In this document: positions 25,016-34,047 of the stretch, piece by piece
Numbering within the stretch: position 1 is the first letter of the stretch
Layout of the letters: every line of letters begins with the position of its first letter
DNA from: a virus
Lineage: Duplodnaviria > Caudoviricetes
IMG/VR virus record: IMGVR_UViG_3300020037_006332
Location: 8,561 to 72,560 of that record
DNA length: 64,000 bases
Reading direction: 5' to 3' (one strand)
Translations under genes and position numbers: made by a program
Notes under the pieces: generated by a model
Database searches by the model: none
Told to the model about the DNA's origin: nothing
The model's input: only the letters and a program-made list of their open reading frames with translations

Positions 25016-26380
25016 CTACTCCATTGTGCTTGACATGACGCGGCCCCAGCTCGATAGAAAATCAGCCCGTTCCACCAGCAGCATTTGCGGGCCTTCGCTA
25101 TTGCACTCCGCGAACACCAGAATCCCCATCGCCACGGCGTAGAGTGCTTGGCGGTTCTTTGGGTTCCTAATGCTGGCGATATAGGGGTTCGCCTCGTTTA
25201 GCAATATCGCCTTACGTTCGGCGTCGAATACACCTATAACGTCGGGGTCGCGTCGGGTCCAGTCTACTTGGATGCCGTTTTTCCTGCCGCTGCCGTTTAC
25301 TTGGATATTGCCGTTAGGGTCGAGCGTGTATTTCTTGGCCTTTGTTCGCGGGCCTTTCTTGCCGGTGCTAGTGTGGGTGCCGGTGTGGTTTTCTGGTGAG
25401 TTCCGTTTCTCGCGGGCAGTTGTGGTAGTGGCGGCCTTCATTCCACTATTCACCAGCTCGGTAAGTTCGGTGCGGAGTTCCTTGCTTTCAATATCCTCGG
25501 TGAGCCGGCTGGCCTTTTCGCATAGGTGGGCAATTCGCTGATTGATGGCGGCCCCTAGTTCGTCGGCTAGGTCGGCAAAGTCATCCTTGTTCTTGGTTAA
25601 TTTCCAGCCCTTCCCTAGCTTAATCGTGCCGGCCATCCCGGCGGCACTGGCGTCCCCAGCTCCGACGGTGGTATTCTTGATAACACGGTGTCCGTAGCAA
25701 ACCAAAAAACCGCTTTGCGTGGCGGATTCCCGGTCTTTAATGATGCCGATTTCGATTTCGACTTGCTTGCCGTCTACGTCAAAAGAGTCGCGGACGGTAT
25801 CGGTTAGCTCGGGCAGCTTGTAGGGTTTTAATAGCTCTCTGATCTTACCGGCGACAACGATTTGCCGCTGGCTTTCCAGGGCTGGCATGAATGTCTCGCC
25901 TAGCCTAGTGATGGTGTCCTTAGTTGCCTTTTTCTTGGCGAGATTACTGATAACGATTCGCGTACCTTTCTCGCCGGGCAGGCTTGGGCGGTCGATAGGG
26001 TCCGGGCCTTCCCAGCGGCCATTGATCTGCTTAATATCGTCTGGCACTTTGACCCTGAGCGTGGAGGTAGTGCCGTTGTGCGTGGTGGTGATTTCGATGG
26101 TATCCCCGGCCCATAGCCACGCCTCCTTAACGCCCACGCCGTAGGTGCCTAGTGCGGTCGTGGAGTGCTTTTTGTGGTCGCCGAAGCGGACCATGCTCCC
26201 GATATCAGCGGCCCCGGTTCCGTCGTCGCTGATCGCCACGCTCCGGCCATGAAACTCGATAATCACTTGCATGGCCCCGGCGTCGAAAGAGTTGTCAATC
26301 AGTTCGGCTAGGGCGTTGTGCCAGCCCAGCATTGAATTACGCTGGGACTCCAGGAAATGCGGGTCGGGGGTGTAGTCCAT
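25016..26380 (-). CDS. GHKL (MORC/HATPase_c_3-like) ATPase
   Basis: ALAELIDNSFDAGA, ISDDGTG, GTYGVGVKEA, KGTRIVI. Confidence 0.85.
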   Translation of the reverse strand: MDYTPDPHFLESQRNSMLGWHNALAELIDNSFDAGAMQVIIEFHGRSVAISDDGTGAADIGSMVRFGDHKKHSTTALGTYGVGVKEAWLWAGDTIEITTTHNGTTSTLRVKVPDDIKQINGRWEGPDPIDRPSLPGEKGTRIVISNLAKKKATKDTITRLGETFMPALESQRQIVVAGKIRELLKPYKLPELTDTVRDSFDVDGKQVEIEIGIIKDRESATQSGFLVCYGHRVIKNTTVGAGDASAAGMAGTIKLGKGWKLTKNKDDFADLADELGAAINQRIAHLCEKASRLTEDIESKELRTELTELVNSGMKAATTTTAREKRNSPENHTGTHTSTGKKGPRTKAKKYTLDPNGNIQVNGSGRKNGIQVDWTRRDPDVIGVFDAERKAILLNEANPYIASIRNPKNRQALYAVAMGILVFAECNSEGPQMLLVERADFLSSWGRVMSSTME

Positions 26381-26456
26381 CCGTGCGGCTCCGTGGCGAG
26401 TGGGTTAAATATCGCCAGCATAGCGAGCGGATGGCGGGCCGGGAATGGGGCGGCCG

Positions 26457-26651
26457 TCAATCCCCTAGGAAAATCTCGTCGAATGCCCGCATAGCCAGCC
26501 AGTCGGTGCGTGCGTTGGGGTAAATTTCGCGGTCTACCAGTCGCGTAACCCACGGGCTGACCTTGACGCTCCAGAAACGCGGGGAGTTCTCCCGGACGTC
26601 CAGGGCTTCGGTGAGGTCGATTCGGACGCCAAAAAAGCTGGTTACGATCAT
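26457..26651 (-). CDS. IFL-motif small protein
   Basis: Ends AFDEIFLGD; ATGA coupling. Confidence 0.7.
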   Translation of the reverse strand: MIVTSFFGVRIDLTEALDVRENSPRFWSVKVSPWVTRLVDREIYPNARTDWLAMRAFDEIFLGD

Positions 26652-26848
26652 GGCAGGAAAATCCGCTCATAGGCGGCTTCAGCGGTCTGTTGCCGCTCGA
26701 ATTCGGCCAGCTCGGCTAGCTGCTCGGGAGTGTAGACGTAATAGGCCCCCTGGGCGTCGAGGATAAGGGAAATCTGCCCGTGCTGGCCCATGACTTGGTA
26801 GGGGGCGACGGGCCAGCTTTGGCCAGGGAAAACGAAATCGTCGCCCAT
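26648..26848 (-). CDS. IFL-motif small protein
   Basis: Ends AYERIFLP; TAATG coupling. Confidence 0.7.
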   Translation of the reverse strand: MGDDFVFPGQSWPVAPYQVMGQHGQISLILDAQGAYYVYTPEQLAELAEFERQQTAEAAYERIFLP

Positions 26849-27300
26849 TAGAGTTGCCGGACTGGTACCCCGTCGGTCGGTGCAAAGGACCACGCGAGAC
26901 AAAGTACCCAAACCACAAACGTCCAGCCGAAAACGATGTTGATGATAAACAGCATTTGCACGGTGCGGACGCCCCGGACCACGGCGATGATCGTGGGCAG
27001 CATGTAGGCCGAAAATCCGATCATGGCACAAATGACTAAAAACAGCTTGCCCAGCGGGGTGTCGATGCCCCGGACGGGCTCGGCGGCGGCCACGGTGACG
27101 GGCTCGGGGAACGGGTCCGGCTGGGGAGCGGTGGTTAAAACCACGGCCAGCATGAGTAGGGCCACGGCGGCCACGCCGGCGATGATGCCCACGGTAGCGG
27201 CCAGATTGTAGCGTGGCTTGGGCTTAATGCGGTAGATCGTGTGCCGGGGGACGGCTTGGGGGTTCAGGCCGTCGAATTGGATTGGGGGTTGGTCGGTCAT
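26848..27300 (-). CDS. Superinfection immunity (T4 Imm-like) membrane protein
   Basis: YMLPTIIAVVRG...LFIINIVFGWTFVVWVLCLAWS. Confidence 0.8.
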   Translation of the reverse strand: MTDQPPIQFDGLNPQAVPRHTIYRIKPKPRYNLAATVGIIAGVAAVALLMLAVVLTTAPQPDPFPEPVTVAAAEPVRGIDTPLGKLFLVICAMIGFSAYMLPTIIAVVRGVRTVQMLFIINIVFGWTFVVWVLCLAWSFAPTDGVPVRQL

Positions 27301-27659
27301 GGCTTGGCTCTTACGGGTTCGCGGTTGGGGTCGCCAAACTTCTGCGTGGCGTATTGGACCCACTGTTTTTCGGTTAATTCCAGGATGCCGCCAAAGTGCC
27401 TGATAAAAATCCCGGTTCCCGGGCTGGGCTGCTGGCTGGTGCAGGGCTCCATGAGAAACCATTTTTGGATGGCTAACAGCCAGTCGGCCCGGCATTCCTT
27501 GCAAACGTGCAGCGTGTAGGGCTCGCCGGCTCCGCCGCCGGCAAACGGGACGCCTTGTAACTCGCTCATGTCGTAGCCGCAAGCCATGTGCAGCGTGCGG
27601 CCGTCGCCGTCTAGGGCTTGCTTGCAGCGGTCGCATATCTGGGGCTTAGGTGTGTTCAT
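27297..27659 (-). CDS. Hypothetical Cys-containing protein
   Basis: CDRC and CKEC motifs; promoter at 27667-27695. Confidence 0.65.
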   Translation of the reverse strand: MNTPKPQICDRCKQALDGDGRTLHMACGYDMSELQGVPFAGGGAGEPYTLHVCKECRADWLLAIQKWFLMEPCTSQQPSPGTGIFIRHFGGILELTEKQWVQYATQKFGDPNREPVRAKP

Positions 27660-27666
27660 GCCCCTA

Positions 27667-27695
27667 GATATAGCCAGCGGTTAATTCCCTGTCAA
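27667..27695 (-). promoter_or_regulatory. Promoter with variant box (CGCTGGC)
   Basis: TTGACA-17-TATATC. Confidence 0.6.
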
Positions 27696-27699
27696 GGTT

Positions 27700-27783
27700 T
27701 CAGGGTGGCGGCTCTAGGGCGATAGTGAGCCCGATGACTCCGCCTAGAATCCAGGTGACCACTAGCACGGCGATGATGATCAT
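27700..27783 (-). CDS. Small membrane peptide (27 aa)
   Basis: MIIIAVLVVTWILGGVIGLTIALEPPP; ATGA coupling. Confidence 0.5.
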   Translation of the reverse strand: MIIIAVLVVTWILGGVIGLTIALEPPP

Positions 27784-28019
27784 GCTTTGGCCTTGCGGGG
27801 TGGTCCAGGGCCTTTGGGTGGCACCCCGGAATGACTGGGGCCGTCGATTTCGCGGGCGTCGCGGGCTACGGCCTGCTCGTAGGCTCGCATCGCTTGCCGC
27901 TCGAAAGCGAGCCAATGGCCTCGGGCGTCGTTAAGGGCCCGAAGCACGTCCACGGGCTTGCGGAATGCTTGCAGGGCTTCCAGCTCGGTCGCTAGGGCGT
28001 CTTCGATAGCCTTGCTCAT
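27780..28019 (-). CDS. Hypothetical protein
   Basis: 79-aa ORF with ATGA coupling. Confidence 0.6.
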   Translation of the reverse strand: MSKAIEDALATELEALQAFRKPVDVLRALNDARGHWLAFERQAMRAYEQAVARDAREIDGPSHSGVPPKGPGPPRKAKA

Positions 28020-29047
28020 GGTCCGCCGGTGGTGGTCGTGGTGGGGTAGAGGATCATGGTGCCATCGGGATAATTTCCGCCCCGGGCGTCCTTAATGGCG
28101 TCTTCGTCGTAGTTGACGGTTTTCGTGAAAACTCGCACGTCGGCGTCGTAGTATTCGGCTTCGATGCCGGGCGTGTAGTTAATTTTGCAGCGGGTGAACG
28201 TGAAATCGACGGTTCCTGAGCCGGAAAAATACCAGTTCGTGCCTAGTGCTGCAATCCGGGGGCAGCCATACGCTCCGCCCGCATAGACTACCCGCTGGCC
28301 GATAACGTCGACTTCGCAATCAGTGAGGGTCGTGGAGCCCAGTTTGTTGACGGCCACGGTGAGCACTCCGCCGGTGTCCGGGCTGGGCCCGCTGGACGTG
28401 CCCAGACTAGTGGAGCCATTGGCGTCGCCATAAAATCGCGTGCCGCTCACGATGATGGTTTGATCGGCTCCGCCGCCGCCGCCGGCTAGTGAAATGAATT
28501 GCCGGCAGAATCGCCCGATGCCGCCGGTCATGGTCACGCTTCGGGTGGTGTTTTCCCAGCTATAGATGCCCCAGTCGTGGCGGCTGGAGTCGATTTCGCA
28601 ATTGACTAGCTCCAGCTCGCCGGGGTCGTTGTTCTCGCCCTTCCAGCCCATTAGGCCGCCGTCTTCATCGGCATCCCAGCAAACCCCGCCCAAATAGAAA
28701 TTCTCAAAGCGTTGGAACGTCCCCAGACAAAACCCGGGGGTGGCGTCGCCCTTGGTGTAGCCGTCCAGGGTCGAGCCGTCGATGCGAACGTCGGTGGTCC
28801 AGCGGGCGGGGTTCGCTCGGCTGACACTGCGGAACGTGCAGGACGGGAGGACTAATTCCCGGGAGCGGCCAAAGTCGGCTCGGCCGGCACAGATAAAAAC
28901 GTCGGTGTCTTCGACTTCATCCCAGAGGCCGGTGAAAACGGTGCGGATTTGCTCGGCGGCGAGCGTGGGCCGGGGGGAAAGATAATAGGGCGGGTGGACG
29001 TTCACCCCGTTGCGGGTGAGCGTGATCGACGATGGTTGGCGGGTCAT
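28016..29047 (-). CDS. Putative right-handed beta-helix (pectin-lyase-like) protein ending in poly-Thr
   Basis: Repeating beta strands such as ELELVNCEIDS, VTMTGG, TTLTDCEVDV; C-terminus YPTTTTTGGP. Confidence 0.6.
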   Translation of the reverse strand: MTRQPSSITLTRNGVNVHPPYYLSPRPTLAAEQIRTVFTGLWDEVEDTDVFICAGRADFGRSRELVLPSCTFRSVSRANPARWTTDVRIDGSTLDGYTKGDATPGFCLGTFQRFENFYLGGVCWDADEDGGLMGWKGENNDPGELELVNCEIDSSRHDWGIYSWENTTRSVTMTGGIGRFCRQFISLAGGGGGADQTIIVSGTRFYGDANGSTSLGTSSGPSPDTGGVLTVAVNKLGSTTLTDCEVDVIGQRVVYAGGAYGCPRIAALGTNWYFSGSGTVDFTFTRCKINYTPGIEAEYYDADVRVFTKTVNYDEDAIKDARGGNYPDGTMILYPTTTTTGGP

Positions 29048-29074
29048 AATGCGAAATCCTTTTCGCGGGGTGGG

Positions 29075-29326
29075 TTAGTCCTGTTTCTTACACTTCCCTT
29101 GGCAGCAGCTCGTGGGGCTGGACTGTCGCCGAAATCGTTCGCGGCGGGCCTCCATTGTGAAATCCAGGATCATGTCGTTTACGCGGCTGATGCTGTAGGT
29201 GATATCGTCCGGGGTGGCCGTTTTATAGGCGTCCTGGAGTTTCTGGAGCATGTCACCGATAGCGGCCTCGATGGTCTTGTGCTCGCCTTCGCTGGCGGTG
29301 GCTTCGACTTCCTTGTCTTCGCTCAT
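29075..29326 (-). CDS. Hypothetical protein
   Basis: 83-aa ORF with GAGG RBS. Confidence 0.6.
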   Translation of the reverse strand: MSEDKEVEATASEGEHKTIEAAIGDMLQKLQDAYKTATPDDITYSISRVNDMILDFTMEARRERFRRQSSPTSCCQGKCKKQD

Positions 29327-29350
29327 GGGAGCCTCGGGGCGGTGCGGTGG

Positions 29351-30148
29351 TTAAAACAGGACTTCCTGAGCCAGTCTGTTGGCGGCAATCTCGCAATAGC
29401 GTTCACTGACGTCTATACCGATGGCCTTTCGGCCTAGGTCTTTCGCGGCCCGAAGCGTGGTTCCGCTGCCCATGAATGGGTCCAGGATCATATCCCCTTC
29501 ATTCGACCAACTGCGGATGTGGTCCGCCGCAAGTCGCTCTGGAAACTGTGCCGGGTGCTTTCGGTTTATGCTGCTCATTTCTGGGCTGATTTCCCAGATA
29601 TTAAAGCGTATGCCGTAATCGCCTAGCGGCTTCCCCTTGTGTGGCTTTCGGATCAATTCGCCGCCCTTGGTCCTGATGGTTGCGGATTTCCCATTAGCTC
29701 CGGCCTTGCGGTTTAGTCGATCCCTGATTGGGTTGAATGTCTTCGGCTTTCCAGCCGACAGAATAAACATGAATTCGGAGACTGGGCCGTATCTTACGCT
29801 CGTTGAGCCTACTGCCGTAAACCCCCCTTTGCTCCATATCATTGTATCGTGCAGCCGATACCCTAATTCCTTGAAACGCAACGCCTGTTTGAAGCTGCTG
29901 CCGGTTTTATCGCCGTCTTTGGTCTCGTCGTTGACTATCCAAACGGTAACTCCCCCAGCCGCTAATGCCGTCAACAGCGGGATGGCAATTCCGTCGAAAT
30001 CCCATTGATATCCGTCGTAATCACGAATGTTGTCGTAGGGCGGTGAAGTGACGGCAAGGTCTATCGTTGCTGGCGGTAGTCCGGCCACAATTTCCCGGCA
30101 ATCCCCGTGGTAAATCGTGATTCCTTCGTGCTCATAATACGGCTTCAT
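29351..30148 (-). CDS. DNA methyltransferase, N4/N6 family, beta class (SPPY suggests m4C)
   Basis: IYHGDC, DLAVTSPPY, KHPAQFP, ILDPFMGSGTT. Confidence 0.92.
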   Translation of the reverse strand: MKPYYEHEGITIYHGDCREIVAGLPPATIDLAVTSPPYDNIRDYDGYQWDFDGIAIPLLTALAAGGVTVWIVNDETKDGDKTGSSFKQALRFKELGYRLHDTMIWSKGGFTAVGSTSVRYGPVSEFMFILSAGKPKTFNPIRDRLNRKAGANGKSATIRTKGGELIRKPHKGKPLGDYGIRFNIWEISPEMSSINRKHPAQFPERLAADHIRSWSNEGDMILDPFMGSGTTLRAAKDLGRKAIGIDVSERYCEIAANRLAQEVLF

Positions 30149-30149
30149 C

Positions 30150-31208
30150 CTACGGGAGCCTCGGGGCGGTGACGTTGGGGTAGGTCGGGCTTTTGGTGGC
30201 GTCGCGGAGCAAGGCAATTACAGCCTGTTCATCGGCCGGGGTCCAGCCCTGGGGGTTAATTCGGCGGTCGATAAATTCGTCCCGCTGGTTGCTGAAGCCA
30301 ATCGCCCCGCCCACGTTGTAATGCCGGACCACGCGGGCAAGGTCGGGCATTCGGCCATTGTGGGCATATGGGGCAGTCTTGGCCAGCTCGGCCCACGTGG
30401 CGGTTTTGAAGGCCCGGACGTTGGGGGCGGTGCTGACCACGTTGGCCCGGCCTAGGTCGGTGCTGGCTCCCTTGGTCGCCAGCTCCATGCCGTTATTGTG
30501 GAAAGCGTAGTCGGTGAAAAATGGGGGCGTGTGGCAGGTATAGCAGCGGGCCCGGGTGGTCAACTGGAAGCCGCGTTCCTGCTGGGGCGTGAGGGCCTCC
30601 AGGTCGCCCCGTAAACGCTTGTGGAGCGGCGTGTCGAAGTTCCATACCAGCGTCGTCTGGAAGCTGGCTAGAGCGTGCCCGAAACGGTCCTGGTCGATAG
30701 GGCTGAGTCCGTTGGCCTTCATGCCGTACGCTTCGGCGAAAAGCACGTTGTAGCCGAAATTGCGGCGGAGCCGGTTAATTACGTCCTGGAGGCTTTGGTC
30801 GCCCATTTCCAGGTTGTTGGCCACGGGCAGTAGGGCTTGGTCGGCGAGCCCGATGGTGCGTCCATCGTGGAATAGCAGGGGGCTATAGGCGGCGTTCAGG
30901 ATCGTGGGGCTGTGGCGGTTGCCGGTGCGGCCCAGAATGCCCACGGCCTCGGCGAGCGGCTGGGCAAAGCCAAACCGGGGATCGTGGCAGGTGCTACAGC
31001 TTACGGTGAATAGCCGCTGTCCGCCCACGTCGACCGGGGCGGATAGGCGGGGATCGAAAAACAGCTTGCGGCCCAGCTCGACGCGGGGGCCGGTGACCGG
31101 GACGTTTAACGGCGGGGCGATAGGGGGCTGGGCTGAAACGTGTGGCGACACAATCACGGCCCAAACCACGGCTACCGCCGCCGCCGTCAAACCTAGAGCC
31201 TGTCGCAT
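30150..31208 (-). CDS. Di-haem cytochrome c peroxidase (CcpA/MauG family)
   Basis: Signal peptide, LGRKLFFDPRLS, CSTCH, RHSPTILNAAY, CYTCH, TAPYAHNG. Confidence 0.9.
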   Translation of the reverse strand: MRQALGLTAAAVAVVWAVIVSPHVSAQPPIAPPLNVPVTGPRVELGRKLFFDPRLSAPVDVGGQRLFTVSCSTCHDPRFGFAQPLAEAVGILGRTGNRHSPTILNAAYSPLLFHDGRTIGLADQALLPVANNLEMGDQSLQDVINRLRRNFGYNVLFAEAYGMKANGLSPIDQDRFGHALASFQTTLVWNFDTPLHKRLRGDLEALTPQQERGFQLTTRARCYTCHTPPFFTDYAFHNNGMELATKGASTDLGRANVVSTAPNVRAFKTATWAELAKTAPYAHNGRMPDLARVVRHYNVGGAIGFSNQRDEFIDRRINPQGWTPADEQAVIALLRDATKSPTYPNVTAPRLP

Positions 31209-31261
31209 CCTAATCGCCCTCCGATGGCTAAAGCCGGGCGGGGCGGTTGGGAGAACGGCCC

Positions 31262-31843
31262 TTAGACCGGCAATCCTAATAGCTTCTTGATGGCCGCCAG
31301 AATGATCGGCACGAGTTGCGGCCCCAGCTCATTTGCGAATTGTAGCAAAAGATTGACCACGGCCTCCCAGATTGCCGTATCCGGGAGCGTGCCAACAGCT
31401 TCGGCCTGGGCAGTGTAGGCCGCCTTGGTTTCGCTGGTGGCGGGGACGTGGCGGGACTGGAGGGCCTTGGCGTAGCTGTAGGGGTCATGGGCTCCGCGAA
31501 TGGCCACGGCCTGGGCGGCTCCCATCTGGCCCAGATACTTGGTGAGCAATTGTAGCAGCAGGGGCAGGGCCACGGGGCCGGCTTCCGCAATCAGCTTGCC
31601 GATCATTTCGCTGATGCCGCCCTTGAGGGCGTCCAGGATCGGGCGGGGCTTGGGCGGGGCGTTGGGGTCGGCCGGCGGGCGGGGGAAGAAAATCCCCAAA
31701 GCCTCGACTAGCTCGCCGTCGGTCATTTCGTGCGGTGCTCGGGTGAAGTCCAGTGGCTCGGCCGGCAGTTGGGCCGGCTCGATGGCTTCGACTTCGGGCA
31801 GGTTCTCGTGTTGGTCGTTGGGCTTGCTGTGCTTGGCGTTCAT
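31262..31843 (-). CDS. Hypothetical protein with two amphipathic helix repeats
   Basis: AEAGPVALPLLLQLLTKYL and NELGPQLVPIILAAIKKLL; ATGA coupling. Confidence 0.65.
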   Translation of the reverse strand: MNAKHSKPNDQHENLPEVEAIEPAQLPAEPLDFTRAPHEMTDGELVEALGIFFPRPPADPNAPPKPRPILDALKGGISEMIGKLIAEAGPVALPLLLQLLTKYLGQMGAAQAVAIRGAHDPYSYAKALQSRHVPATSETKAAYTAQAEAVGTLPDTAIWEAVVNLLLQFANELGPQLVPIILAAIKKLLGLPV

Positions 31844-32922
31844 GTTGCATCGCTCCATGCTTTGGAATCGGGAAGTGGCACCCCCGTTAGTGTCCAGCGG
31901 TGGCCCAGAAAATCAATGGGGCCTAGGGTCTGAGTTTCGCCGGGCTGGGGATCGGCCGGGAGGGTTGGGATCGGGGTAGTCGGGGGCGGGGCGGCGTCCT
32001 GGATGTATTTCAGGGCGTTGACCACGCCATAGCCCCAGTCTTGGCTGGGGAGGGTTCCGCCGGTGAGCGGCGTGGCGGTGCCGGTCATAAGCCGCTCAAA
32101 CTCGCCTTGGGTTAATTTCTTGCCGGTCGAACGGAGTAGGGCGGCGACGCCTGCGATAAACGGGGTGGCCATGCTCGTGCCGTCCAGGTAGGCGTATTTT
32201 CCGCCGGGCCAGCAGGATAGCACTTGCACGCCGGGAGCCATCACGTCGACCTGGGGGCCACGGCTGGAGAAGCTGGCCACGCGACGCTGTTTGTCGATAG
32301 CTCCCACGCCTAGGGCCAGTGAGCCCCATGCGGCCGGATATCCGATAGTGCTGATCGTGTGGCCGGTGCGGGGGTCCACGACTTTGCCGTCATTGCCCAC
32401 GGCACAAACCACCAGAATGCCGGCCTGGATACATTGCACCAGCTCGGCCTGGATTTCGGGGCTGGGGTCGGGGCTGCCTAGGCTCATGCTGACCACGTGG
32501 CACCCGTCCTGGCGAGCGAAGCGGAGCCCTTCGGCAATCCAGCTCCATGAGCCTGAGCCATCATTGCCCAGCACTTTGTAGATCGCTAGCTCGCACTTGG
32601 GGGCCACGCCTTTGATGCCCCGGCCGTTATCGCGGCTGCCGATGGTGCCGGCGGTATGGGTGCCGTGTCCGTTGACGTCGGTGACGTCTTTGGGGCCGCC
32701 GCTAGAGGTTAAATTCCGGGCGACGGCAATGGCCCCCTGGAAATCCGGGTGATTCGTGTCGATGCCGGTGTCCAGGACTCCCACGCGGCAATTCTCGCCC
32801 CGGTAGGTCATGCCCCACGCGGCTTCGACGCCTAGCTCGGCGATGCCCCACGGGTTGACTTCGCCCACTTGCTGGGCGGTGGCGGTGGCGGAGACGGTAA
32901 AGGCGGGTAGCTTCCAGCTCAT
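31840..32922 (-). CDS. S8 subtilisin-like serine protease
   Basis: Catalytic motifs VLDTG, HGTHTAG, GTSMATP. Confidence 0.93.
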   Translation of the reverse strand: MSWKLPAFTVSATATAQQVGEVNPWGIAELGVEAAWGMTYRGENCRVGVLDTGIDTNHPDFQGAIAVARNLTSSGGPKDVTDVNGHGTHTAGTIGSRDNGRGIKGVAPKCELAIYKVLGNDGSGSWSWIAEGLRFARQDGCHVVSMSLGSPDPSPEIQAELVQCIQAGILVVCAVGNDGKVVDPRTGHTISTIGYPAAWGSLALGVGAIDKQRRVASFSSRGPQVDVMAPGVQVLSCWPGGKYAYLDGTSMATPFIAGVAALLRSTGKKLTQGEFERLMTGTATPLTGGTLPSQDWGYGVVNALKYIQDAAPPPTTPIPTLPADPQPGETQTLGPIDFLGHRWTLTGVPLPDSKAWSDAT

Positions 32923-32950
32923 GGGTGCCATCCTTGACGGGTGCGGTGGG

Positions 32951-33196
32951 TTAGCCGGGTAGCATATCAGTTTCGGGCAGAAAAATCCCCTCCAGTGTGC
33001 TGGCGAATTCGCGGCGGTCGAGCATGTCCTGGACGACTTTGCGAAACTGGTCGGCACCTTCTTGGACTGCCGGCCAGCCGGCATGTTGGATATACCCCGC
33101 CGGGCTGTTGACGTATTCCAGCCGGCCATGCTTGAGGAAAGCCCTCCAGCCGGGGAAATCGGGATGCGTCACGAATTCAGATAGCAGGATGCTCAC
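32951..33196 (-). CDS. IFL-motif small protein
   Basis: Ends TLEGIFLPETDMLPG. Confidence 0.65.
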   Translation of the reverse strand: MSILLSEFVTHPDFPGWRAFLKHGRLEYVNSPAGYIQHAGWPAVQEGADQFRKVVQDMLDRREFASTLEGIFLPETDMLPG

Positions 33197-33350
33197 GGCG
33201 TTCGGCCTTCAGGCGTTTGATTTCGCGGGTTAAAACGCGGGTGCTGCTCACACAAATGCGGCGGACGGCCTCGTGGTAGGTGTTCGGCCGGAGCCGGTAT
33301 CCCTCGCGGGTCGCGGCGTGGATCACTTTCGCGGCTTGGCGGAGTTTCAT
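33177..33350 (-). CDS. Small basic hypothetical protein (57 aa, below the ORF-track cutoff)
   Basis: MKLRQAAKVIHAATREGYRLRP...; ATGA coupling. Confidence 0.5.
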   Translation of the reverse strand: MKLRQAAKVIHAATREGYRLRPNTYHEAVRRICVSSTRVLTREIKRLKAERREHPAI

Positions 33351-33586
33351 GGGGTGACTCCCTTGTTCAGCACGTCCACGGCCTGCTGGATGACGTTCCA
33401 GGTCGCTGGCTGCTGGGTGCTTTGCTGGACGTAACTCAAAATCCGTAGTGCCTCGTGGATCGCTTCCCCACGCTTCACTGACTCGCTCCAGGCTGCCGCT
33501 GCTCTAGCTTCTGCATCGTGGACGGCTTCGCGGTAGCCCTGTTCTTTGCACTGTCGGCAAATGGCGTCGTATTCGACTAAATTCAC
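33347..33586 (-). CDS. Hypothetical protein
   Basis: 79-aa ORF. Confidence 0.6.
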   Translation of the reverse strand: MNLVEYDAICRQCKEQGYREAVHDAEARAAAAWSESVKRGEAIHEALRILSYVQQSTQQPATWNVIQQAVDVLNKGVTP

Positions 33587-33651
33587 GGCTTGGCCCTCTA
33601 GGGTTAAAATCCAGCCCCAGCAGCGGCCGGTAGGGCCGTGGGCACAGATAC

Positions 33652-34047
33652 CTACTCGGGTCGCTGCTGGGGTTCTGGGGTGTCGTGGGGTGCGTAAGCG
33701 GCCACCATCGTGGCCTGGATGTAGCCGGCCTTGAAAGCCTTGGCAATCAGGTCGTGGACGTCGGGGGCGTAGCGGTTGGGGTGTATCTTCTGCTGCTTAC
33801 ACCACTCGGTATAAAGTTCGCTGATCTTCGGGCGTTGTTCGCTAGTCGGCCCCTGGATTGCAAGCCGTTTAGCCTGCGACCGGGAAACCGCTGGCGGATA
33901 GGTCATTTCGATGAGTTTAGCGGTTTTCTCGGTAACGGCGGGGTGGCTGCTCTCGCTCGCGGCTGCCTCGCATCGCTTGCGAAATTCAGCTCTCTGCTCG
34001 GCGGGGTAAATTTCCAGGACTCGGCAGGCTTGGGGTTCCCAGTTCAT
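33652..34047 (-). CDS. Hypothetical protein
   Basis: Start at MNWEPQ in an ATGA overlap. Confidence 0.65.
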   Translation of the reverse strand: MNWEPQACRVLEIYPAEQRAEFRKRCEAAASESSHPAVTEKTAKLIEMTYPPAVSRSQAKRLAIQGPTSEQRPKISELYTEWCKQQKIHPNRYAPDVHDLIAKAFKAGYIQATMVAAYAPHDTPEPQQRPE

